Part shown: positions 17,848-26,944 of the stretch, piece after piece
Layout: every line of letters starts with the position of its first letter
Position numbering within the stretch: the first letter of the stretch is position 1
Source of the DNA: an uncultured virus (IMG/VR IMGVR_UViG_3300044959_000200)
Lineage: Duplodnaviria; Heunggongvirae; Uroviricota; Caudoviricetes
Direction: 5' to 3' (one strand)
IMG/VR virus record: IMGVR_UViG_3300044959_000200
Coordinates: 1-64,000 of that record
Length of the DNA stretch: 64,000 bases
Made by a program: the position numbers and the translations under genes
Notes under the pieces: generated by a model
Seen by the model: the letters and a program-made list of their open reading frames with translations, nothing else
What the model was told of the DNA's origin: nothing
Database searches by the model: none

Positions 17848-18550
17848 GAGCGTTACTTCCCTTGTGTTGATCAACCATACAACAGATCTTATTAGTGAGT
17901 ACGATCTTGCGCGTTTTGTCAATGCTTTGGATGTACAATTTCGGCACGACGTTACCCCTGTTTGGGGGCGCTACTTGCTGCCGTGGGTTGCGCGCGACAC
18001 TCAGAACCTAGATCCTAAGGTGTGGCAGCTTCATCTTTGGAGAAGTCCGCGTGAAGCACCTGAAGCTGGATTCTTAGGGCGCCACTCGACTCAAGGTGCT
18101 GATTATGTACCGATCGGACATGTTTTCATTGAAAACTGTCTGATCAACAAGGTGCCTTGGACGCATGTCGCCTCACACGAGGCCATTGAAATGGCTGGCA
18201 ACGAATGGCTCAACTTGGAGGTAGCACGCGTTCTTGATGACAGCACTGTGGAGCTGTGGCCTAGGGAGCTGTGTGACGCTGTTCAGGGAGTGGGTTACGC
18301 CGTAAACGGCGTTGAGCTTTCTGACTTTGTATACCCTGAGTTTTTCATTGAAAAAGCAGACGGTCCGTATGATCACTGCCGCGTGCTTGATAAGCCTTTT
18401 TCGATACATAAGACTGGGTACGCTTCTATCCTATTTATCAAAAATGGCTACGCACGGCGGCGTGATTATTATGGTGCTGCCTGCCCTGAGTGGTGTAGGG
18501 CTATGCACTCTCTAACACGTAAACACGCACATTGGAGAGCTGTCAAATGA
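17846..18550 (+). CDS. Zincin-like protein with HExxE motif
   Basis: LGRH...SHEAIEM...ELCDAV...SDFVYP. Confidence 0.6.
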   Translation: MSVTSLVLINHTTDLISEYDLARFVNALDVQFRHDVTPVWGRYLLPWVARDTQNLDPKVWQLHLWRSPREAPEAGFLGRHSTQGADYVPIGHVFIENCLINKVPWTHVASHEAIEMAGNEWLNLEVARVLDDSTVELWPRELCDAVQGVGYAVNGVELSDFVYPEFFIEKADGPYDHCRVLDKPFSIHKTGYASILFIKNGYARRRDYYGAACPEWCRAMHSLTRKHAHWRAVK

Positions 18551-19014
18551 AAATGAAAAAACTACTGTATGGAGTATTGTTTGCTCTTGTTGTTTCAACT
18601 AGCGGTTGCGCTGCATGGTTTGAACAGCTGCGCACTAATCCAGTAGCTGGAATTTTGACTAGTGTGAATTACATCCAAACTGCGCTTTCTTTGGCTCGCA
18701 GCGCCTTTGAAATTTGGGCGACTACGAGTGGAGCGCCTGATGTAGAACTCACGCGTGCACGTTTCAACACGCTAGTAGCTAATGTAGATCGTGCGTTGTT
18801 TGTTGTGCAGGATGGACTGCGTCTTGCGGCGCATGCAGGGAGTCCTGCTCCAGATGTTCGTACGGTGTTGCGCGATGCACAACAAGCTATTGGTACAGTT
18901 CACGCATTCCTTGCTGGGCTTCCCGGTAATGGCCCTGGACGTGCATCGCATCCATCAATGCGTGACGCCCTCGACGCGACTGAACTCGCGTCGAGGGCGT
19001 CGTTTACTAATTAA
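18547..19014 (+). CDS. Predicted lipoprotein
   Basis: MKMKK + hydrophobic stretch + lipobox TSGC; ATGA-coupled. Confidence 0.8.
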   Translation: MKMKKLLYGVLFALVVSTSGCAAWFEQLRTNPVAGILTSVNYIQTALSLARSAFEIWATTSGAPDVELTRARFNTLVANVDRALFVVQDGLRLAAHAGSPAPDVRTVLRDAQQAIGTVHAFLAGLPGNGPGRASHPSMRDALDATELASRASFTN

Positions 19015-19244
19015 GAAAGATTGCGTGCATCGCGGATCAAATCGCGTAGTTGTTTACCTAATGTAAATGCGCTCAAAAACAATTTTACCCATTCTAAAGG
19101 GTTCGTTGTTTTGCGCATTTCTTCAATATCGCGATCGCTGAGCTTTTCTAGCTCTTTTTTGATTTGTTCGATTTGAGGGTCTAGTTGCCCGTCAAGCGAT
19201 GCGTTCGCATATTCTTCAATAGCATTGAGTACTTCGTCCAGCAT
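19011..19244 (-). CDS. Hypothetical protein
   Basis: 77 aa, GGAG RBS. Confidence 0.75.
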   Translation of the reverse strand: MLDEVLNAIEEYANASLDGQLDPQIEQIKKELEKLSDRDIEEMRKTTNPLEWVKLFLSAFTLGKQLRDLIRDARNLS

Positions 19245-19318
19245 GATTTTGCTCCGCTGCTGATAATTCCGCGCTGTACTATAACTTAGTACACGGCGCG
19301 GGAGAACAAGCCCGCCGC

Positions 19319-19738
19319 TTACGCTGCGACGGGCTTGTTCCTAAGCGCGGAGCTTTTCTGGAAAAACTGAATGAGTGCGTTGCTGACGCGTCGTAGCTCA
19401 GCGCGTGTCATTGCGCTATCGAGCATACGCAGTGTGAAGCGTCGTTCTGCACGTACTGTGCTTGGCCAGCTATACCAGCTAATGCCGGCAAGCTGGTCAT
19501 GCACATGCAAGAACGCGTCTGCAATGCGTTCAAGTGCAAGACGAGCTTTTTTGCTATCTGTTTCGTCAATCGCTGCGATCGCTGTATTTGCATATAGTAA
19601 AGCGCGGCAGCGCATTGCGGTTAGAGGGTCGAGTCCAATGAGTACTACCCCAGAGCGGCAGCGCTTTCGGCAGATTGAGACGAGCTTCGGGAAACTAACT
19701 GTCGGTTTGATTACAGGCAGTTTGACGAGGTTGCTCAT
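19319..19738 (-). CDS. Hypothetical protein
   Basis: 139 aa, AAGGA RBS. Confidence 0.7.
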   Translation of the reverse strand: MSNLVKLPVIKPTVSFPKLVSICRKRCRSGVVLIGLDPLTAMRCRALLYANTAIAAIDETDSKKARLALERIADAFLHVHDQLAGISWYSWPSTVRAERRFTLRMLDSAMTRAELRRVSNALIQFFQKSSALRNKPVAA

Positions 19739-19755
19739 GTGACTATCCTTTCGGT

Positions 19756-20166
19756 ATGGAACACTCGTGTACGTCAGTTAGTGCTTTCCTGATTCGTAAT
19801 CAGGACTTGATCATGGGCCTACTTGTTTGGCCGTTTATTACGGCCATTCTAAATGTGGCCCTGCGAAAAAAGACGCCCGAGCAGTGGGAGGCCTGGGCGT
19901 TGTCGAAACCAGCGCTCGCATTTGTGGTTGAAGTAATGCGTGCGAGCGGTGTCGATTTGTTTAAGGTGTTGCAAGCATTTCACCGCTTTGCACAGCGTCG
20001 AGCTGGAATGATTCCAGCAGATGCGGTGCGAGTATCAAGCTTGCCGGAACCACTGAAGGCGGCGCTGCGCAATCCGGAGATAGTTAAGTTATTGGTTGAA
20101 GCAGCTGCTAAGTTCCAAGAGGCACAGACGTCTGATTCGATGACGCCCGAGCCCACAGAGAATTGA
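19756..20166 (+). CDS. Small membrane protein, holin-like candidate
   Basis: TM segment LIMGLLVWPFITAILNVAL followed by RKK. Confidence 0.5.
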   Translation: MEHSCTSVSAFLIRNQDLIMGLLVWPFITAILNVALRKKTPEQWEAWALSKPALAFVVEVMRASGVDLFKVLQAFHRFAQRRAGMIPADAVRVSSLPEPLKAALRNPEIVKLLVEAAAKFQEAQTSDSMTPEPTEN

Positions 20167-21439
20167 TCACGGCTTCATTGATTTTGTGAATGGCTGCGAT
20201 ATGCGAGACTGTTCCATCTTCGCCGAAGTCGTGTGCGAATTCATGCACAAGTAATGTGACTAGCTTACCGAAATTGCTGAGCGTGGACCGTGCAATGGAG
20301 ATTTGATTTCCGTTGTGCAGGCCTTCGACTTTTTCTGACGCAAAACGCACAATTGCAACGCGATTTATGGCGTCTTTGACGTATGGTCGAATAAGGTCTA
20401 GTGCAGCGAATAGATTGCTGCGTTCGTTTTCCGTTAGAGCATACAGAGGGAAACGTGTTTCGATTTTTTCGCTGTATTCTTTACTTATTTGTTCAGGTGT
20501 TGGCAGTCGATAGCGCAGTAAGTTCACCAATTTGGGGGCGAGAGGGACGGGTGTGTATCCGAGGTGTTCTAAGCTAGATCCCTCAGCTGTGCCAACAACT
20601 GGTACGGCGTTTTCACCGTATTCTTTTCGAAATTGACTGAGCATTGCGTCAATAAGACTTTCTGGTGCGATGTATGCAAAAACTTCTTGTTCGGCTGCTT
20701 CTTGTTCGAAGCTCTTATACATGCGCGCGATGAGTTTACTGTCTTCGCGCTTTGCTATTTCGTTCCACATTTTGCTGATCGCTAAGTTGATGTCGTAATT
20801 CGACGGTATACGTCGATCGCGACCAGTATCAACGTTGAAGAAATTGTATCCGAAGGTGTATTTGTTGCGTGTAGTGACGTAAACACCTCGGACATAAATT
20901 TTTCCGATGAAGCGCGAGTCGTCGATTAGCTCCCCCGCTGACGTTTTGTGTACGCTGTTTGGTGGACTCAAACGTAGAAACCAACTTTGAATCATCTCCC
21001 AAAATTCTTTATTGATTCCATGGATGATGACTTCGAAGTTGTTGGTTGTTCGTTTGGTTTTGGTGATGTTAATACAAAGTGTCTCAACGCCAAGGTTGTC
21101 TTTCTCAATTAAAGGTTTCCATGTTTCGTCGCCGTTTTTGATCGTGACGTCGATACCATCGCGCGCAAATACTAGCATTGCTAGTTTGAGACCTTCACCG
21201 TACTGACCGATGTAGTGCACACCTCGTTTTGAGGATTCACCGAAGTACAGTGATTTAGGGTTTATTTTTATATTTTCGTTACGTACTGTGAGCTGGGATT
21301 TGTCAGCGTCGTATTTTACGCTGAAGTTTGCGCCGTGCTCAGTTTCTGAGTCAATGGCGTTAGCTATTATCTCGCGCACCGCGTGCGCTAGTTTCCATTC
21401 AGCAACATAGTTGCTTGTGATGGGGTAGCGGAATTTCAT
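20108..21439 (-). CDS. GHKL-family ATPase with C-terminal HExxH
   Basis: REIIANAID, GESSK, IGQYGEGLK; LVHEFAH. Confidence 0.85.
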   Translation of the reverse strand: MKFRYPITSNYVAEWKLAHAVREIIANAIDSETEHGANFSVKYDADKSQLTVRNENIKINPKSLYFGESSKRGVHYIGQYGEGLKLAMLVFARDGIDVTIKNGDETWKPLIEKDNLGVETLCINITKTKRTTNNFEVIIHGINKEFWEMIQSWFLRLSPPNSVHKTSAGELIDDSRFIGKIYVRGVYVTTRNKYTFGYNFFNVDTGRDRRIPSNYDINLAISKMWNEIAKREDSKLIARMYKSFEQEAAEQEVFAYIAPESLIDAMLSQFRKEYGENAVPVVGTAEGSSLEHLGYTPVPLAPKLVNLLRYRLPTPEQISKEYSEKIETRFPLYALTENERSNLFAALDLIRPYVKDAINRVAIVRFASEKVEGLHNGNQISIARSTLSNFGKLVTLLVHEFAHDFGEDGTVSHIAAIHKINEAVINSLWARASSNQTSVPLGT

Positions 21440-21509
21440 GGCAAAACCTCCCGTGTTGAACCCACAATGGGTCCAACAACAGAGGCTTTTACCACTTAAT
21501 AACGAATCT

Positions 21510-21875
21510 TTACGACGTACGAAGCTCTCCTGGTATTTCAGGAGCAGGTTCGGCGTAGGCGAGGTATTCGCACCATCCGCGTTCGCGGATTACGGCGGGT
21601 ACAACGGTGTATGTGCCAGGGAAAAAGATGTGTTGCGTGCGCCGTACAAGATCAGTTCGATCGACGCCATCATCGCGGTGGCGTAGCCGCAGTATTAGTG
21701 CATCAGTACCATTAGGCTGTATAGGACGGAGTACAGCTTGCGCTTCAAGCCCCGAAGATAACGGCGTAAATGTGTCAGCTGGAAAAAATTCTTCGCCTTC
21801 TTCAGCTGCACGGCGCGACATTTTCTGAATTTCTTGTGCGCGCAATAGTAGATAAAGGTATTCTGAATGTTCCAT
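21510..21875 (-). CDS. Hypothetical protein
   Basis: 121 aa, TAATG-coupled. Confidence 0.7.
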   Translation of the reverse strand: MEHSEYLYLLLRAQEIQKMSRRAAEEGEEFFPADTFTPLSSGLEAQAVLRPIQPNGTDALILRLRHRDDGVDRTDLVRRTQHIFFPGTYTVVPAVIRERGWCEYLAYAEPAPEIPGELRTS

Positions 21876-22285
21876 TAGCGTACAGGTTTTGGATCAGGCA
21901 CAAGAGGAAGTGATGCTACGAAGTATTCGTATGCTGCTTTACGCGCATCATTAATTTCTTCGGCTGAAGCTGGGATGTCCTTAGCATTGAAGATGTTGAG
22001 TGCCATCAGCTCAGCAGCGAACATTGCAGCGCGTGGTGAAAGCCTGTAGTCCTGTACACATAGAGCAAAGAACTTCGTAAGTTTTACAGCTACGTGTTTG
22101 GCGACATCATAATCATCAGTGAGTTCATACGGCTCATTGAAGCCAAAAGGGTCGTTTGGGTCGCGTTCAACACGTTCAGCAGTACGTTCAGCGAACGTTG
22201 AACCATTGAGCTGTTCATATAGTTCGTTGAGCTTGTCTGCTTCTCGGTTTTGCCCTGGAACATAAATTTTGGGTTGGACTGTCAT
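21875..22285 (-). CDS. Hypothetical protein
   Basis: 136 aa in operon. Confidence 0.8.
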   Translation of the reverse strand: MTVQPKIYVPGQNREADKLNELYEQLNGSTFAERTAERVERDPNDPFGFNEPYELTDDYDVAKHVAVKLTKFFALCVQDYRLSPRAAMFAAELMALNIFNAKDIPASAEEINDARKAAYEYFVASLPLVPDPKPVR

Positions 22286-22291
22286 GGTACG

Positions 22292-22540
22292 TTATTTTTT
22301 TACAGCATCAGTACAAGAAATTAGTATTTTCGAACCATCAACAATGAAGGGTTTGGCAATTGGTTCGTCTTCACTTACACGTTGCACGCCTTCGGGAATG
22401 ATTTGTCCGTCGGGTGTTTTATGTGGGTAGATTGATTTTTTGGTACACCAGCCATACCACGCTTCTTTGAGGCCTTTGGGCGTAAATTTGAATTGAGGGT
22501 CGTAGTAGACGCAGTCTTGGCATTTAATGGTGTTGCTCAT
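22292..22540 (-). CDS. Small Cys-rich protein
   Basis: CQDC..Y ... GWC ... C. Confidence 0.75.
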   Translation of the reverse strand: MSNTIKCQDCVYYDPQFKFTPKGLKEAWYGWCTKKSIYPHKTPDGQIIPEGVQRVSEDEPIAKPFIVDGSKILISCTDAVKK

Positions 22541-23043
22541 GTAGTTTTCCTTACGATATCAAGGTAATGCTCAGCCATCAGCTTATCAAAATTTGGGATT
22601 GTAAGTCGAGCTTGTGTAAGTACAAGAGCAAGTCGATCAACTGCCATTGCTTGTGCAAGTTTGGCATCATGTGAACTTGCGGCAGCATATAGCTTGACTG
22701 GTCCGAGTTCAAATATGACGCGCGGGCCGAGGATTGCTTCTTCTTTGAGTGAAAGCTTTTGCTTTGCGAGCAGTTCTATGAATTCTCTGGTTGCAGCTCG
22801 CGATAAGAATTCACCAAACACGTGCATTGCTGCCGTTTTAGCGTTGTTCACAGCAGAGTCATCGCGTTTGAAGCTAATGGGCAGCGTTATGAGTAAGTGA
22901 TATTGGCGCCCTTGTATTGCAACTGGCGTTCGGCCGGGGCGCATCTTTTCGCGCAACTGTTCTTCAACAGTCTGCGCGGGCTCTTCACGCGTGAGGCTCC
23001 ATGGGCTGATAATGCCTTTTGGGGATTCCTTTTCGCGTGTCAT
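22537..23043 (-). CDS. Hypothetical protein
   Basis: 168 aa, ATGA-coupled on both sides. Confidence 0.8.
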   Translation of the reverse strand: MTREKESPKGIISPWSLTREEPAQTVEEQLREKMRPGRTPVAIQGRQYHLLITLPISFKRDDSAVNNAKTAAMHVFGEFLSRAATREFIELLAKQKLSLKEEAILGPRVIFELGPVKLYAAASSHDAKLAQAMAVDRLALVLTQARLTIPNFDKLMAEHYLDIVRKTT

Positions 23044-23528
23044 GTTGAATTATTGCCACTACTCATGATGATGAGTGGAGCGCCGCCATTGAGACCTTTT
23101 GGATCATTGCAGTCTTTGTGTGCGGTTTCATAACCTGCACTGCATCGCATTGCTGGGATTTTGTCGGAGTCTAAGGCGGGTCCTTCGGTGCGCAGGATTT
23201 CAACAATCCGGTCACCACGTTCATAAACCTTACCGCAAAATAGACACTGGTAATCTGGGGCTCGGGCTGGCACGAAATCCGGATCTCCAACTTTGAGTTT
23301 ACTACGAGGGATTTCACGATGCATCCATTTTACATCGGGGGTTGCACAACGTGCATGCGCTAATTCAATTACTTCGTTTACATAAACGGTGCGAGCCAAA
23401 CCAGCGCCTGGTCCTATGCCGGCAACCGTTAGGACTTTGATCACAGCGTGACCAGGACCTAACGGTTGCCGGCAAGTAACGCAGTGTGTGGTTGGGACGC
23501 GATCGGGGACGTCAGGAAACACAAACAA
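23040..23528 (-). CDS. Protein with duplicated CxxC...HxxC zinc-binding module
   Basis: CVTC..G..V...AHARC and CLFC..G..I...AHKDC. Confidence 0.75.
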   Translation of the reverse strand: MFVFPDVPDRVPTTHCVTCRQPLGPGHAVIKVLTVAGIGPGAGLARTVYVNEVIELAHARCATPDVKWMHREIPRSKLKVGDPDFVPARAPDYQCLFCGKVYERGDRIVEILRTEGPALDSDKIPAMRCSAGYETAHKDCNDPKGLNGGAPLIIMSSGNNST

Positions 23529-23579
23529 ACGTAATTCTACGCAAGGTACGGCGTCAATATTTGAGGAACTTTACGCCGT

Positions 23580-25655
23580 TTACAATGCGTTGGGATAATC
23601 ACGTTTCTTTACGATGGGTACGATCGTAGAGGAAGTTGTGTTCTCAGGTGTTACTTTATCGGCAAGCATTGTGAGAAAGCGGAGCACTTTGTTTTTTTCG
23701 TAGGTTGTGGGCATTGGTAAGGCGTTGCGCACCTTACTAGAGTATTTTTTGGTATTCCCGTAAGCGCGTTTGTCAAGCAGGGCGACGACACCCATATCTG
23801 TCTCAGTGCGGATTAAGCGACCAGCACCTTGTTTCAGATCCATGATTGCTTCTTGTAAATCGAAGTCTTCCCATGTTTGGATTTGAGCACGGCCCTGTTC
23901 ATACCCTTGCTCTATGAGACGTTCAACAACTGCTTCTTTGCGCGCTCGTAGTACGACGTCACTTACGTTTGGGAACGGTAGTCGAGGAATGATGACTAGA
24001 CGTAGACCAAGACCTGGTTGGTCGACGCCCTCCCAAAATGTTTTCACTGCAAATAGCGCTCCTCGCGGTGTTTTACGAAACCACTCTAACATCGATTCGG
24101 GAGAGCTTGTTTGTGTTGCAATAATGTATGGTGTTGTTCCGTTTTTTGGTTCTTGGCGCAACAGCTCACGGCACCCATCTGCTAGGTTATTCATGTCGTC
24201 GTAAGATGCGCAAAGTACAAATGCGCCTCCTCGTGACGCGACGAGTAGTTCGTGGATTTCGCTGCTCAGGGCCGCGTAGTATTCGTCTCCGCGAGACGAA
24301 GGATCTGGTGCCGTAGGTGAAATGTACGCTGTTGAGCGAGATTTGTAATCAAATGGAGATGGCAGTGTAGTTTTGATGGTGATTTGACTAGCATGAAGGC
24401 CGTATTCACGGGCCATGTAGTCCATTCCGTTAGCTGTTGCGAGAGTCGCGCTCGTTATAACAACTCGCTTAATTCCAATGAGCGCGGGTGCAATTATCGG
24501 TCCTATTTCAATTGGTGTGACGACGATTTCTGGTACTTCACCACGACCGCGTTTCTCAACGTAGCATAAGTAGTCGGTTTCATCGCCGTCGATGATATCG
24601 CCTTCTTCGTTACGTATTACATGCTTCCCGAGCACAATCTTGACGAGTTTGCGGCATTTTTCGATTAGTACTGCACCAGCTTTAAGTTTTGCGCGTGCTG
24701 TCGCTATAATGCTGTCTGTTGTTTCGGCTGCGTCGTCTTCATTAAGTAACCCCTTTGCAGCTAACCTATCGTAGATGCGGTCAAGTTCTTCGTGTAAATC
24801 TTCAAATACTTGTATCAACTCAGGAGTTAAATTGAGCTTATCGTTCTTTTCCGGCACCTTTGTAAAAATTGTGTTATAGATGTGGTCGAGGATCTCGTGC
24901 GGTTCATATTCAGTACCGTTGAACAAACGCCGGAGCATTTCAGGGTGTTTGTGATGCAGTTTTAGTGAGACTGCTTCGCGAAAATATTTTGGTGCTTGAT
25001 GCGCTTCGTCGATTACTAGTGCGTCGTATTTGCCAAGAATTTTGCCACCACCAACCGAAAGATCATAAGCAAGGAGTGCGTGGTTTACGACGACAATTTG
25101 AGCATTAAGCGCAGCATCGCGTGCAGCGATGTAGCCGCACCCGTTTTCAGCGTACGGGCAACTTTTGCGTACACATTCAGCAACGCGTATAAGATTTTCT
25201 AATGTGAATGGTGGGGTCAGTTCTGAGAGATCGTTAACTGCGCTTTGCTCTATCCATTCTTCGATGGTGTTGCGCTCATACTGCGGTAACTGTTTGTATG
25301 CGTCGGTTGTGATCAGCTCCTTGAAACGGAGCATGCAAGCGTAGTTGTTTTTGCCTTTTAGCAAGGCGTATGTTGTTGGCTTTATCTTGCTGGTAAGAAA
25401 TGGCAGATCTTTTTCTATGAGCTGAGTTTGAAGCGTTTTCTTTGCGGTTGAGATAACTACACGCTTGTTGCTTAACAGAGCAGGGATTAGATATGCGAAG
25501 CTTTTGCCTGTTCCAGTGCCAGCTTCTAAAAACGCGATGCCTCCTGCTTCGCTTGTCAAAATCTCTTCTACGAGGCGCGCCATTGTGATTTGTCCTGGAC
25601 GGACTGTGCGTACGACGCCGGCTTGAGGGTTGCTCAACCAATCAGTTGCTGCCAT
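23580..25655 (-). CDS. DinG/YoaA-family SF2 helicase with Fe-S cysteines
   Basis: EAGTGTGKS, KGKNNYAC, CVRKSCPY..C, NHALL, DEAH, SATL, FWEGVD, QGAGRLIR. Confidence 0.95.
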   Translation of the reverse strand: MAATDWLSNPQAGVVRTVRPGQITMARLVEEILTSEAGGIAFLEAGTGTGKSFAYLIPALLSNKRVVISTAKKTLQTQLIEKDLPFLTSKIKPTTYALLKGKNNYACMLRFKELITTDAYKQLPQYERNTIEEWIEQSAVNDLSELTPPFTLENLIRVAECVRKSCPYAENGCGYIAARDAALNAQIVVVNHALLAYDLSVGGGKILGKYDALVIDEAHQAPKYFREAVSLKLHHKHPEMLRRLFNGTEYEPHEILDHIYNTIFTKVPEKNDKLNLTPELIQVFEDLHEELDRIYDRLAAKGLLNEDDAAETTDSIIATARAKLKAGAVLIEKCRKLVKIVLGKHVIRNEEGDIIDGDETDYLCYVEKRGRGEVPEIVVTPIEIGPIIAPALIGIKRVVITSATLATANGMDYMAREYGLHASQITIKTTLPSPFDYKSRSTAYISPTAPDPSSRGDEYYAALSSEIHELLVASRGGAFVLCASYDDMNNLADGCRELLRQEPKNGTTPYIIATQTSSPESMLEWFRKTPRGALFAVKTFWEGVDQPGLGLRLVIIPRLPFPNVSDVVLRARKEAVVERLIEQGYEQGRAQIQTWEDFDLQEAIMDLKQGAGRLIRTETDMGVVALLDKRAYGNTKKYSSKVRNALPMPTTYEKNKVLRFLTMLADKVTPENTTSSTIVPIVKKRDYPNAL

Positions 25656-25748
25656 CTTGGGCTTCTCCTTGGGGCTTCTCCCCGGTTACATACAAACTTG
25701 GTACGATTTATATCTATATACCATTATTAGGTAAAGGAGTTAGACAAA

Positions 25749-26513
25749 ATGGCTGAAGAGATCCGTCGCCCTGGTGAATACGGCGTAAAGACCTCTACGA
25801 CAGTTGCTGCACCCGCAACGCCTGCAACGCCATCTTCAACAACTTCATCTGCGACAACGTCGCCGGCAACTATGCCTGGTGTACCTCCTGCACCACCTTT
25901 GCCACCGTCTGCACCGGTGTTTGATCCACGCAATCCTGCTGATCAACTTGCACAAGAAATACTCAATGCGACGCCACCAGCGGCGACACCTGAAGAGCGC
26001 CTCAAGCAGATTGAAGAAGCGCGAGCCAAGGCTAAGGAGTATTTAAGTCTGACACCTGCTGAGCGGTGGTTGCGCAATATCAAGAACGCAGGCCTGACCG
26101 AAGCTGAGGCTAACGAAATTCTCGATAAGGTGTTGGAACAGGGTTATTGGGAAAAAGAGTACGCGCTTTACAACGGGCGACTTAAGATCACACTTCGATC
26201 GCGTGATGCTGCTGCCAATCAACGTGTTGCTAATGCGCTTGATGAAGTACGTTCATTCGATCAACGTGTGCTTGATCAAGCGCGGCTGCGTGTGCAGCTT
26301 GCGTGTTCGCTTGTTCGTTTTCGGGATAAAATTCTCCCAACTGCTGCGCCTGATGAGGATCCGGCGAAACATGAAGCCGCTTTTCGCGCACGATTGACAT
26401 TTTGTGATCAGTACATTGCGGGGCCAATTGTTGAGGCTGTTTATCGTGCGTTGATCGACTTCGATGCTAAAACCTACGCTGCGCTGAGTGAGGGTGCTCC
26501 AGCGGGTTTTTGA
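25749..26513 (+). CDS. Tail assembly chaperone (gpG-like)
   Basis: Two ORFs upstream of the tape measure; ends in slippery G GGT TTT TGA. Confidence 0.75.
   Translation: MAEEIRRPGEYGVKTSTTVAAPATPATPSSTTSSATTSPATMPGVPPAPPLPPSAPVFDPRNPADQLAQEILNATPPAATPEERLKQIEEARAKAKEYLSLTPAERWLRNIKNAGLTEAEANEILDKVLEQGYWEKEYALYNGRLKITLRSRDAAANQRVANALDEVRSFDQRVLDQARLRVQLACSLVRFRDKILPTAAPDEDPAKHEAAFRARLTFCDQYIAGPIVEAVYRALIDFDAKTYAALSEGAPAGF
26504..26510 (+). other. Predicted -1 ribosomal frameshift site GGGTTTT
   Basis: XXXYYYZ heptamer immediately before the stop; next ORF is in the -1 frame. Confidence 0.75.
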
Positions 26514-26935
26514 TCCGCCCGTCGGGGATTGTACGCGCCAAAGCGGTGGCAGCAGGTGTGCCGCTTCCTCGGGCGGGCTCGTTTCAAGACGCAGTGCTCC
26601 AGGAAATGCTTTTTCGTGAACAAAATCTTAGATATTCAGAAGTAACACTATTTACACGGCTTCTTGAGTTAGTGATTTGGCAACTCGTAGAATTAACGAC
26701 AGCACCGGATAAAATCGCTAAGCGTAAAGCATTACTACACGAGGACATCAACGTCTGGTTACGTCTTTACGAAGCGGAGCTGTATCAGGACCGTTACACG
26801 CCTGAGCACCAGCGTGCTGAGCGAGAACGTTTACGCCGTGAGGCGCAAGCTGAAGCTGAGCGCAAGGTGCGCGAGGCGCAGGCTATTAAAAAAGTTGCGA
26901 GTTTTAGTGACGACGGAGCTCCGCGTAAGCGATAG
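26510..26935 (+). CDS. Tail assembly chaperone frameshift extension (gpT-like)
   Basis: No own ATG at its 5' end; -1 frame relative to the upstream ORF. Confidence 0.7.
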   Translation: MIRPSGIVRAKAVAAGVPLPRAGSFQDAVLQEMLFREQNLRYSEVTLFTRLLELVIWQLVELTTAPDKIAKRKALLHEDINVWLRLYEAELYQDRYTPEHQRAERERLRREAQAEAERKVREAQAIKKVASFSDDGAPRKR

Positions 26936-26944
26936 ACTTCTTGT

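Noticed and set aside
21438..21686. Plus-strand ORF sharing CATG with the GHKL gene start
   Set aside because: Overlaps the coupled minus-strand gene 21510..21875 and has no coding support, so it was not counted as a third shared start.
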